From Ruditapes philippinarum (lineage: Eukaryota): a stretch of 64,000 nucleotides of DNA. Location of the stretch: positions 1 to 64,000 of the forward strand of contig NW_026862270.1 of the NCBI RefSeq assembly GCF_026571515.1, written 5' to 3'. The translations under genes were made by a program, and so were the position numbers. Each line of letters starts with the position of its first letter. Positions within the stretch are counted from its first letter, which is position 1. Below, piece by piece: positions 53,301-64,000 of this stretch. Below the pieces are notes generated by a model. That model ran no database searches. It was given only the letters and a program-made list of their open reading frames with translations, and was not told the DNA's origin.

Positions 53301-53807
53301 GAAAATCTAATGCTGAAAAAGTCTGAAAATCTAAAGAAACTTGCAAAAATGAGGGAAGACCAGGTAAATCCTAAAATTGAAACAGTTAATGGACCACAAT
53401 CTATGTTTGAAGAACCAAAGGGAGGTAATCTTAAAGTAAAACAAAGACATGTTTATGGAGGAGTTACCTCCCAGAGTTCACAAATGAGGAGTTCATTTGG
53501 TAGACGACTTGAGTCAGATAGGGGCATGTTTGCCGCTCAGCCACATCCAGAAAGACCTGGAACAAGAGGTTCTGTTGATAATATACATAATATAGACCAA
53601 GATGAGAAAAGTAAAGCTTCCAGATCAAGAGAAAGAGAGAGGGATTACCAAGATTTAGATTTCAAGTTTTCTAATAGTCAAAATGGAGCTGTTGGTCAGA
53701 AAAGAAGTCCAAGTAAAATAGATCAAATAAAAAGTATTTTCTTGAGTGTACAGCTGCTAAATATAAAAAACACTATAATTTGTAAAAATTTCCCAACTGA
53801 AATTTGA
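47370..53807 (+). CDS. CARD plus coiled-coil protein, 4 coding exons: 47370-47504, 50729-50873, 51566-52101, 53037-53807 (~528 aa)
   Basis: All introns GT-AG with compatible phases (0, 1, 0). Exons 1-2 encode a CARD (MNDIQKKVLRNHHGDILKNL...LLLLLPKRGSKAFPIFLEGV); exons 3-4 encode a linker and long coiled coil. The extreme C-terminus is uncertain. Confidence 0.88.
47781..49325 (+). mobile_element. Non-autonomous Helentron-like element, copy 2 (uninterrupted), in intron 1 of the CARD gene
   Basis: Reverse complement of 17724-20652 without the nested insert; ends in TTGATGCTTTGCATCAA...CTTGT. Confidence 0.88.
49326..50019 (-). mobile_element. Older HINE relic (left remnant at about 47685-47780) split by the 47781-49325 element
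   Basis: Degenerate cores AAACTAAGTGACCC..GGTGATGCTACATGCCAAATA; terminal GAGCAC-TTT-GTGCTC..GGTGAGCT hairpin. Confidence 0.65.
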
Positions 53808-55156
53808 AAAAAAGGAAAGAGGCAACCACGGGACAAATGAGGCAACAGTAAAGGGGGACCCAAAAAATGGTAAGGGAGCATAAAAAAGGAGCGAAATATG
53901 GAAAAGAGGGGAAGGTCAAAAAAGCTTTAAGACTAAACCCCCAGCAAAATGGCATCTCAAAGTTTTCAACTTCAAAGAATATCATGAAAATGTCATCCCA
54001 TCTTATACAGAAAAGCAGAAATCTTAGGCAACCAACAGGAAATTGAAATTATCAACCTAGATAATAAACCTTGCAATTTCAAAACAAAAACAGTTTTCAC
54101 CCTTGTCCCACTGGAACAGAAAGTGATAGTATAGAGAGAGGCACATCCATGCTTTTTACTGTTGGCGAACAAATTTTAAATTTTCACCTTGATAAATCAT
54201 GTTAAGGAAGGATATTAAACAATAATTTCAGCAGGTTATAGGTAAAAGAAATTTGATGACAAAAATCATAAAACAGTTAACTAGACAAGTTAGCCTAATA
54301 ATAGAGTGATAGTTGAGGCAATAATTACTTCCTCTCTTGTCAATGATGAATATTCATGTTATAATTAAGGAGTGACATTTTATTACTTCTCTTTTTGCAA
54401 CATCCCATGCCAGATTATCAGGACATTCTGGTGATAATTATAATATAGACAGTGTTTTGCATAAAAAGTTTCATACAAGTCTTGGACTAGGTGACAGAAA
54501 TCTTGAAGTTCACAGTTATGGGAAATTTTCAAGAATCAATTGGGAACTTTAAACAGATTTCTTAATTTTAAAGAAGCCTTGAGTTATTCAGAAGGAAGTT
54601 AAGTTCACATTAGTACTATTCTATAGGAAGTTGAGTTCACACAAGCACTATTTTATATATTCTCTATTCTTTACTCAGATCTTTGCTCAATATATTTAAT
54701 ACCATTTCTACATTTATTATGTTGGAATTCAAATAAATAAATATTTATTGTTGTTCACCATTATATTTATCATGTTAACAGATCTGGATGTAAAGTAAGT
54801 TATACTTAAGTCATTTGTTAAACTTTTGGATGATTGGGTTGTGTTTTACGTCCCACCAACACTGTAAAGGTTACTGTCCAGCTTTTACTGATTGAGGAAG
54901 ACAGTAAGTGCCTCTCAGAGCGACACAAACAGGCAACTGAGCAGAACCATCAACATACCATAAGCTAGCTGGAAGATTTCTTTACATAACAGTTTCCAAA
55001 GTCTCCTTGTTGGATTCAAACCCACAGTGTAATCACTCAGTAATGCACACCCTCATTTTTGATTGAATATTATTTGTTAACAACAACCCTATTTGAATCA
55101 TAACATGACTTTCAAGTTTTATTTAATATTCAAGTATGACCACCAAATTTAAGTAA

Positions 55157-55525
55157 AAGAAAGAGCATCAAAACACGAGGCTATCTGATTTGTACGAGGG
55201 GGTGTAGCCCCGAGTATTAATCAGATTGCTGAGTGTTTTGATATTCTTTCTCTTTTGTATCATAGTCACACATTCCCTGTTGTCACAACATAAAACCCCA
55301 GAAAGAAAGGAACAATGAACGAGCATCTGAATATGATATTTCTATTGCTATCCCTTTCTCTGCATTTACATTAAGTAAACCCCAGAAGAAATGAGCCAAT
55401 CAATGGGCATGCTCTGGAGTGCGGGTAACTAATACCTGCACTCCAGTTAACTCACTGTGCATGTATATGTATATGATTTCACTCGGATACATTTTCAACA
55501 CAAAGGTCCCCAAACTATGATACAA
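55157..55525 (-). mobile_element. Hairpin-rich non-autonomous element, copy 2
   Basis: Reverse-complement homologue of 42474-42833. Confidence 0.8.
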
Positions 55526-56809
55526 TAATCATCATTGTTCATCTACTCTCATTAAATACATAGTGTAGCAAATATCAGTTATATGACTAGCAACCATTAT
55601 TATCCTTGGTCATTATGGTAATTAATGTATACCCTCATTATATAGCTTAGCAGCATTTTCCATTTTACACTTTCTGTAGGACAACAAAGGGGCACAAACA
55701 AACTTCTGCAGTTACAACATGATCATGTAGGCACTAATCAATGGCAATATATCATATTAAGCACACCAACCTTGAATGGGTACTAACTAATTTTATGCAA
55801 AGGTCTTTAATCCACACTGTCATTTTTAGTTAGGAGGACTTTGTTGTGGAGGGTTTATGATGATGTTTATTCTACTAATCCTGTATGTGACACTATTTGT
55901 GACTAGAGTGAACAAGTATTATGACTTTGCATGTTCATTGACTTTACTTTACACTTACCTGTTTTACCCTTGTTTATATTATCTGGCAATCTCTATAAAG
56001 ACAATCTCTACAATTCTGCCAAGGTCTTGAACCACTCTGTTTACATTTGGAAGAAGAAAGCCAAGAAGTGTGGGTCAAATTTCATTGTCAAGAAAATTAA
56101 GAGCAGTCTCCAATAGTATTCAACCAGTAATCTTATAATACAAGAGTGAATGTCCAACTATAACTATTTTATGTTTGAGCAAGTTTCTATCACTTATTCA
56201 ATCTCTATCTAATAGCAAAGAAAAAAGTAACAGCTTAAAAACCATAGCTAATATTGTTGTTGCAGGAACAAAATTAATTGAACTATAAACAAGAGAGTGC
56301 TATACGTTTCTCAGTATTTGAAAGCAAAGTAGAAAAAGGGGCATAATTCTGATAAAACTGTTTGGCAGAAATTCTTGCCTTGATATGTAACAAGTATTTC
56401 CAGTTTGAAGTGAATATCTCTGATGTTTTTTTTTCTTAAAAAGGGAGATAATTGAGGAAGAATGCCCTTTAAGGGTTATCTGTTTTTATAGTAATGCATT
56501 CTAATTTTATACTGAATATGTATCACAAGTGTTAAGTGATGATCTTCTTTTTTTTGAGATATTAATCTCCCTCTCTGTGTTCCTCAGAATGTAGTCTATG
56601 TTGTTTTATACTGTTTTGGTGACACTTTTGTGTCTCTTGTTGTTTTCTCGGCTACGGTAAGTATCTTCCCCTTTGCCCCAAGTTTTTATTTATTTTATTT
56701 ATTCCCCCCCTTCCCCGGGTCTCATGTCCCCTTACCTTGTGCCTTTTGACTTTAGTTGCCTAATATTCAATCATTTATTTGTTTTCTTTTAGTTCCTTAT
56801 CAGTTACTA

Positions 56810-57110
56810 ACTAGAGGATGCTTTTGTAAAAAAGCGCATGTCTCCCCCACTGCTGAGAATAACTGTGAATGGAAACAGGAATGGAAATGGAGATGACCAA
56901 CGGTCACTGTGACCTTGACCTTTGAACTACTGACCCCAAAAACAATAGGGATCATCTGCTCAATAAGACCGTTCATCCTATGAAGTTTGAGAGCTGTAGG
57001 TCAAAAGGAACTCTAGTTATCGTCCGGAAACGAAGAATGGACGGACGGACGGACTGACGGACGGACAGGGCAAAAACAATATGTCTCCCCCCGAGGTGGG
57101 GGAGACATAA
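56810..57110 (-). mobile_element. Short HINE with a single core
   Basis: ACTAG end; subTIRs ATGTCTCCCCCA (56838-56849) and TGGGGGAGACAT (57097-57108); (GGAC)n microsatellite. Confidence 0.85.
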
Positions 57111-58323
57111 TTATTTATTCTTATGTAGTGGATTGCCTGCCCATGCTCTGACTTGCGCCCTGTCCTGTTTTTGATTGGGGTCCTCCTGGGCTCCTTGCCA
57201 CTGGCTCTTGTTACTGGGTCGGGTGGGGGCTGCATTCATTGAACGCCGCCTTTCCTTGTTGATCTTGTTTATCATATTTTAACTAAGATATTAATCTTAA
57301 CAAAAAGATTATAATCAGGGAAAAAATATCTAAGTCGCATATTACTTCGCAAAAAATAAATTTAAGATTATCTGTCCTTTTCAAATTGCCTCAAGGAAAC
57401 CAAGTTTAAAGTCAATAGCTCTGGTAGTAGTTTCTGAGAACATTGACCATAACCTATTATCATTAAAGGACACAGTGACCTTGACCTTTGACCTCAAATC
57501 AGTGTGACAGGTAGAACTTGTCAAGATGTATCCTGATATGATGTTATGGCTTTATGAGTATTGAAGTTAATGATCATGAGTGAAAAACTTAACTGAAAGG
57601 TTAACCAACGCTGATGCCAAGGCCTAAGACTGTGTGGGTCATGACAATACTGCCATATTTAGAAGAAAAAAAGTTGAGCTTATAAAAAACATCATGCTAG
57701 ACAGTGACCATTATCATATTAGTAGCTTGTTTGTAGTAATTACATAACCATATCTTAAAATTCCACACAAGTAATTATAAAGCAATTTTTTAAGACTTCT
57801 TCCGTTTGTTCTAATAAATAGAACAAAGGACAAGAATCATTATCACCAATAATCTTAGAAAATTAGGCCACAATTATGAACAATTATGCCATAGAAATGA
57901 CAATAATATTTTACTTTCAGCGATGACGAATGGGAAAGCTTAATTTTTCCATTCACATATAGATAGATATCCACCAAAGTTTTGAATGAATTCAAAATAC
58001 TTAAATATTTCACTAAAATTTCTTTTTACAGGCATGTTGCTTTAGAAGTTGTGCAATTTTTTTCTTCTTGTGGATTTCCCCTTTTCTTCTGCAAATTTTG
58101 TACAAAAATAACATATGACGTGTTGCAAGAAAAAAAAAAATTATAAAAGAAAGTCACTTTTAAAATCGCTGCATACTGCTTTCCAAATACTTTGGGGGCT
58201 ACACAGCTCTGAGGCAGTTAAAGAGACATAAGAGAGGAATGGGGACTGTGGTCTGTTTTTTACAAGAATAACTATCAGAAATGCTTTTATATAATATATG
58301 AAATAACTATTTAGTGGTAAGGA

Positions 58324-58976
58324 ATGGATGAAACTGCTAAAACAGTGCTAGAGAATAACAAAGCTCATATTAAGATTAACATGAGAATAGATGAAGAGAT
58401 TTTAGATGCACTTGAAGCAACTAGAACTCTAAATCATGAGGAAATTGAAGATATACAGGTTTGTTATTTTTACTGTTTATCAAATAGAAAAAAAGGAATC
58501 TTTTATTAAAGAATGCCTAATTATATAAAACACCAGGCTTTGTTTGATTGAGCCTAAATACTAAAACAAAATTGAGAGTTTAAATAGATTAAAAGATATG
58601 TTCAAATTTGTTTAAATTTTCTCAATGCTAATCTAATTAATTAACACTCCAGCAATTGTATATACTACTAACACAATGATTGAAGTTTTTAGAAAAATTC
58701 AATGATTTGGTCTTAACTGTCAAGCCCCCAACCACTCACTGTGCCAGGGTACTATCATTGGAAAGCTCATTTGAAAAAAATCTAGCAAAAAATTGAACTG
58801 AACCTAAAATGCTTTTAATTCTTAGGCTGAAAGAACTGACACTAGAAAGATCTCAATGTTACTGCGTATACTACCAAGAAAAGGACCACATGCTTTTCAA
58901 AGTTTCGTGAATGCTATAATCACAGATTACCCATTTCTTGCTGAAGAACTTATTGAGGAATACCACGAAATAAAAA
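58324..58976 (+). CDS. Second CARD-domain gene, exons 58324-58458 and 58826-58976 (3' part not found in the window)
   Basis: 45-codon exon ending CAG|GT, then CTTAG|GCT exon encoding KISMLLRILPRKGPHAFQSFVNAI...YPFLAEEL and ending A|GTAAGT (phase 1); same structure as the upstream CARD gene. Confidence 0.88.
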
Positions 58977-60355
58977 GTAAGTACACTATAGATCAGAAAA
59001 TAAAACATAGTGGCATAAAACCTAATTTACCTATATTTACAACTTGCAAATTTTATGGTAACTCATCTAGACAATATGTCAAAAATAATTGGCAGTTTAA
59101 TTATCATTTTTAAAGCAGCATGCCTCCAGATTCATCTTTATTTCCATGAAAATTTTGAAAATGTATTTAAAAACAAAATATTGTTAAGAAAATCAAGAAA
59201 AAAGACAAAGAAAAAAAAGTTGGCAGGAAAAACGCAACAACAACAATATTGTTGTCTCATTTCCATAGTTAAAGTTCAGCATTTTACCATTTTAACAATA
59301 ATCATGAACAATAATAGCGAAATAAAAAAGAAGTCAATTTCGCCAGAAATGCTGAATCCCAAACAGACTTCTATCACTGATTCTGTTCCCGACCATTTTT
59401 TGGGATGTAGAATATCATCAGCCAATCAAAGTGTCCTTTCGCACACAAATCATTTGATCACCCAATAGTATTGAGGCATATAAATTTTTACCATCCAATG
59501 TGCTTGTGACACATTTTTTCATCCGTCAATAAGCAACAAAAACATTATGGATTTAAATTTCAACTATTTAAATTTTATAACAGTTGTTTAATGTCTATAG
59601 ATAGACTAAAAAAAATGACCCAAGTATTTTTTTTCTCTCAGGCTTGTCAGCATGCTACATTAATGATGTTGGCAGGCAAAGATAAAAGGTCTGTCCGATC
59701 TTTTGAACTGTGTCATATATATGTTGGTTACAAATAATGGTCAATTTGCCTGTATTTTAGAGAGTCTACATGTCGGATTTTTTATATGGAATAACACAGT
59801 AATGTTCACAGGTATAGAATAAAAGCTCTGTTATAACGCCTCCTAGGGCATAGAATAAATGCATTACAAAATCTCCAATTTATATTGAAACTTTTGTCAG
59901 ACAAAAAAACCCCAACGCCCTTGGATGTTTCACTGAAAATTATGACATAGTTTGGCATGTCTGATAATTTGATTATTTGCATAATTACTTGCATACAATT
60001 GAAGACAATTATTGAGGTATTATTTTCATAAAGCCTCCAGCTTTCGCATGTATCAATTAGCATGACATTAGCACTATTAGGCTTGTGAAGCGCGCTTTAA
60101 ATAAAACAAAAATACCTATATTTACACCTGTGTTACTCTTACGACACCGAAACCGTGCACCGGAAATAATCCCCAGCTGACTTCAGTTGATATTTTGCAC
60201 TGGCGGTGTGAAGACGTGCTATGACATTTAGTTTATATTTTTTAGTTTTTTGTTGTTTTTTTTTGGTAAGTTTATCGGTTCCCTACCCCCTTACTGTATA
60301 TTCAAGTCTTGGACGTAGTCCAGACAGTTATTTTGGGCTTTGTTTTGCCTTAATT

Positions 60356-62728
60356 ATGAGTGGAAGTGAGGACGATAGTTCCCACCGTGAACGGTCCGAG
60401 CACGTGGTGTTGGACTTTGCCGATTCTGATGAGGGTTTTTCTGGTTTTGGTCCGAGGATATACCTATTGAGAGAGAGGAAGTTATTGTTACATCAGATGT
60501 AATGCAAACAAATAAGAAAAAAAGATAAAAGCTCTACGAAACAAGTTAAATCTAAACCAAAACAGACTAAAAAGAAAAATTCTAAAAAGCCCACAAAGCC
60601 CGTTTTAATATAGACAGTTTGTCTCAAGCAGACTTGGAAACATTGAGAAGTAAGCTTATGATAGATAAGCCTGGAAAAAATTCAAGTTCAGTGAATATTT
60701 TAGAATCTGAGGACCTTTTTGAACCAGATTATATTGACTCTGAAGATTATGAAAATGTAGACCCGAGTTTCAGGGAAGATTTTAGAAGAGGGCGTAACAT
60801 GAGAGTCTCTTTTAATAGGGCTGATCTTTCAGACAGTGAAAGTGAATTTCGTGCTGATAAAAATGTAACCACGTAATAAAGATATGTCAAAAACCTTCTG
60901 AGTGCCATGATTTGGGTCTGATTCTGATGAGAATGTTAATTCCGTTTGTGATGAGTGGATTGATGCCTCAATTAAAAGTTACTCAAAAAGGTGAATTTAT
61001 AAATTCTTTCTTTGGCATCTTTGATAAATGTTGCTTGTACAACACCATGTGAAACAGAAAAACTGGTTTAAAGTATCCGGTTCCAAAAAAATTGTGAAAT
61101 GTTGCCAACCCCCTTTTATTAATCAAGAGGTTTTGGAAAGTACTAGACAAAAAGAAGCACGTAGTTATGATCATTTGTTTGTGGAAATTCAAAACTTACT
61201 TGCAACTGGTATGGTTCCAGTTTATCAAACTTGTGACCATTTTGGAAAGATGTTATAAAGTAAAAATGACAAGGCGAAAAAAAAGAACTCATTTCTTGAG
61301 TGTCTGACTCTTTTTTGGACAAGCTCAATACCAATTTGTCTTTAAGAAGAAGCATAAATTTGATTCGGCCCAGTATAAAAAAGAAAAAAGGAAAATTTGT
61401 TTTAATCAAAGCACTCCTGTTACGTCTCAACTTTTTGGTGACGATATTGCGAAAGAAATAAAAAATTGTGTGCGGGGCCCCAATTGCATTAAACTAGATT
61501 TTAAATTTTAAATAAACCTTTCAAAAAACCCGAGTTAGTTTTAAAAGGGAAAAGGTGTCGGTTTTATTTCCAATTCAGGTTCCCGAAACGTGCGTATCCC
61601 CGTATTTTTTCGGTTAAAACAGCTAAAATAGCAAAACCCTTTTCAAATTTGGTTTTCGTTTATTTAGCAGCCCTTTTCCCAAATTTAAATTTGCAAAGAA
61701 GAAATCGAAAACGTATTTGGGTGTACTTTCATTTTCGAAAAAAGGCCGAATTTTTTTTTCCCTTTTCCGTTTAACAGTTGACTGTGGGATCTTTTTTTCC
61801 CTTTAAAACCCGGGGCCAAAAACTTCCCAAATCCTTTTCAAATTTTGTAAACCCGTCAAATTTGTTTTTTTTTTGATAAACGCGTTTGGTTTAAAAAGTG
61901 TGGCTTGATTTTCCAAATTTAAAAATTGCCAAACGTTTTTTTAATAAAGGAAATCATGGCTGCCTTCCAAACAAAGCACATAAAAATTGACAATTTTTTT
62001 TAACGCAACTCAGTTACACACTAAAAACAATTGTGAATCCTATTGATGAAGACATTTTAGATCGTGTATTTAAAACGAAAAGGACGCACATAATTGTGAA
62101 TTGCAACACAACACTTGAAAATTGGCAAAAATGTTATCTGTGGCTTTCAAAATTTCAGAAACTGGTACTGAAGTACGAATGAAATATCTGACTTGTCATA
62201 AATTTAAAGCTGGCAATGTATGGGCTAATGATGGTGCAATAAACATGCAGAAATCGGCAATTGATTGATGGTTATTTGTAACGTAACTGTTTATGTATTG
62301 TCACCAATTTTTGTTGTAAACAATATAAATATAAAATAAGAATATGGTAAAGGCCTTTCAATTGACGTGAATTCACGCTGAATATCTGCTAAATTAATGC
62401 AAAATAATATTTTTTAATGTATTTTCATTAAAAAATATTCTATTTTCAAAGGACCATATTATTTTTGTACAAAAAAGTAAGTCATTTCATTGCACCCTTT
62501 AGATTTACGATATATCTAAATTTACCCCCACATTCTGAAAAGTGGGGGTAATTACCCCCAGTGTAAAAAAATTATCTGGAACTCTGCATATTATGGGAAT
62601 AATCGTACATATCAGTCAGATTATCAGACTCCCAGATGGAGTAACTTCAAAGAAAGAGGGAGCTTTAGAGGTCGTAGACGACCCTCTGCTACGGTGACAT
62701 CTTCTCAAAGGGATGTCCCAAACGAATA
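60356..62728 (+). pseudogene. DIRS gag-like ORF1, frameshifted and interrupted
   Basis: Fragments MSGSEDDSS.., PPFINQEV..RSYD..EIQNLLATGMVP and LFGDDIAKEIK; after a ~1.1-kb insertion, an R/G/Q-rich tail YGNNRTYQ...FRGRRRPS. Confidence 0.65.
61471..62586. mobile_element. Insertion in DIRS gag (hAT-like MITE; left half degraded or low quality)
   Basis: Separates two gag fragments; right end TTATCTGGAACTCTG with GGGGGTAATTACCCCC palindrome; left TIR and TSD not resolved. Confidence 0.45.
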
Positions 62729-62743
62729 GATACAGAGGAAGTT

Positions 62744-63928
62744 TTGCCTCAGGTAGGTAGGTTGAAATATTTTTCTCATATGTGGAAATTTTATACAAAG
62801 GATGATTGGATCCTTGAAACCATAAACGGTTATAAAATTGAGCTTGAAAGCATTCCTTCACAAGATTTCATTCCTTCTGAAATAAGTTTTTCTCCAAAAG
62901 AAAGAGAAGTTGTTGATAATGAAATCTTGGAATTAAGTAAAAAAGGAGCTATAGTTCATTCTTATTGGGAAGAAAATCAATTTTTATCAAATATTTTTGT
63001 TGTTCCTAAACCAAATGGGAAATATAGACCTATAATTAATTTGAAAAGACTCAATAAATTTGTTAAATATGAACATTTTAAACAGGAACATTTCAAAGTA
63101 GTTTTAGATTTAATACAACAAAATGATTTCTTTACATCAGTAGACCTTTGTGATGCATATTTTTCAGTACCTATTCATATAGATTACCAAAAATTTTTGA
63201 AATTTGAGTGGAATAATGTTCTTTGGAAATTTGTTTGTTTACCTTTTGGCTTAAGTTCAGCTCCAAAAGTGTTTACAAAAATTTTGAAACCAGTTTATGC
63301 CTGGCTTAGGCAGCAGGGTGTGCGATGTGCATATTATATTGACGATTCTCTCAATATGAATCAAACTGCCGAAGTAAATCATTTTTGTGTTTTTAAATTT
63401 CAAAATAACAGACCTTTGATTTGTAATTTTACAGTTCTTACATTTAGTTTTAAGAAGAAAAAAGAAAAAGTAAATAAATATAAGAAGAATGGTAAAAGAA
63501 TAAGGCCTGTTAAAGTTCAATTTCAATGTACCTCAGATGCCTCGTGTTTAGGCTGGGGATGTTGTGATATTGCATCAAACAAGATTGCTCAAGGTCAATG
63601 GTCAGTTATAGAAGCACAAATGCATATCAATTATTTAGAGCTTTTAGCTATTTTCCTAACTCTTAAATCATTATACAAGCATGTTTCTGATACACATATT
63701 CAGATTCAGTGTGATAATGTTTGTGCTATTTCCTATGTTAATGACATGGGTGGGATGGCATCCATGGGAATGAATGATTTAGCTTTTGACATATGGACTT
63801 GGTGTCTGAAAAGAAATATTTTCATATCTGCTGTGTATATACCAGGTTCAGACAATGTTGTTGCTGATTATTTCTCTAGGAATTTCTCTGACTCCACAGA
63901 ATGGATGTTAAAATCAGATATTTTTTAA
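62744..63928 (+). pseudogene. DIRS reverse transcriptase-RNase H (internally deleted)
   Basis: GRLKYF..W..WILETINGY, YRPIINLKRLN, DLCDAYF, LPFGLSSAP and YIDD (63335-63346); RNase H SDASCLGWG, HINYLELLA, CDN, NVVADYFSR. The RT C-terminal part is replaced by low-complexity sequence. Confidence 0.9.
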
Positions 63929-64000
63929 AGCGTTTGTGTAATCATTTCTTTCAGCCAGATTTTGATCTTTTTGCTTCAAAATTAAATAGACAACTAAAGA

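Larger units (their letters stand above)
59790..64000 (+). mobile_element. Degraded DIRS1-type (tyrosine recombinase class) retrotransposon, truncated by the window end
   Basis: Order gag-like fragments, overlapping RT, RNase H, then DLFASKLN motif typical of the DIRS methyltransferase-like domain. The 5' boundary is approximate and no recombinase is visible in the window. Confidence 0.85.

Noticed and set aside
63915-63932. T-run frameshift between RNase H and the methyltransferase-like domain as programmed recoding
   Set aside because: These domains are normally in one frame, the A-site codon would be a stop, and the element has many other lesions; a simple indel explains it.

Overview
AT-rich eukaryotic (metazoan) genomic DNA. 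The repeat content (Helentron-type non-autonomous elements carrying 146-170 bp tandem cores, tRNA-derived SINEs, a DIRS retrotransposon) suggests a mollusc, probably a bivalve; this is inference. The first ~24 kb is mostly minisatellites and nested transposon relics, with a few orphan exon-like segments. Four + strand protein-coding loci follow. (1) An intronless giant tetraspanin split into two overlapping ORFs (27332-28150 and 27991-31137) that meet in the -1 frame at CCCCAAAAAAC, which contains two in-frame slippery heptamers; this is either a programmed -1 frameshift or a one-base homopolymer assembly error. (2) An intronless coiled-coil protein with a C-terminal CHORD-like Cys/His zinc module (40832-41995). 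(3) A four-exon CARD plus coiled-coil gene (47370-53807, ~528 aa). (4) A tandem CARD paralogue with the same intron position and phases (58324-58976, incomplete). The window ends in a degraded DIRS1-type retrotransposon (gag, RT, RNase H, start of the methyltransferase-like domain). There is one 136-N gap, and several stretches look homopolymer-damaged, so frameshift calls need read-level checking. No searches were run.
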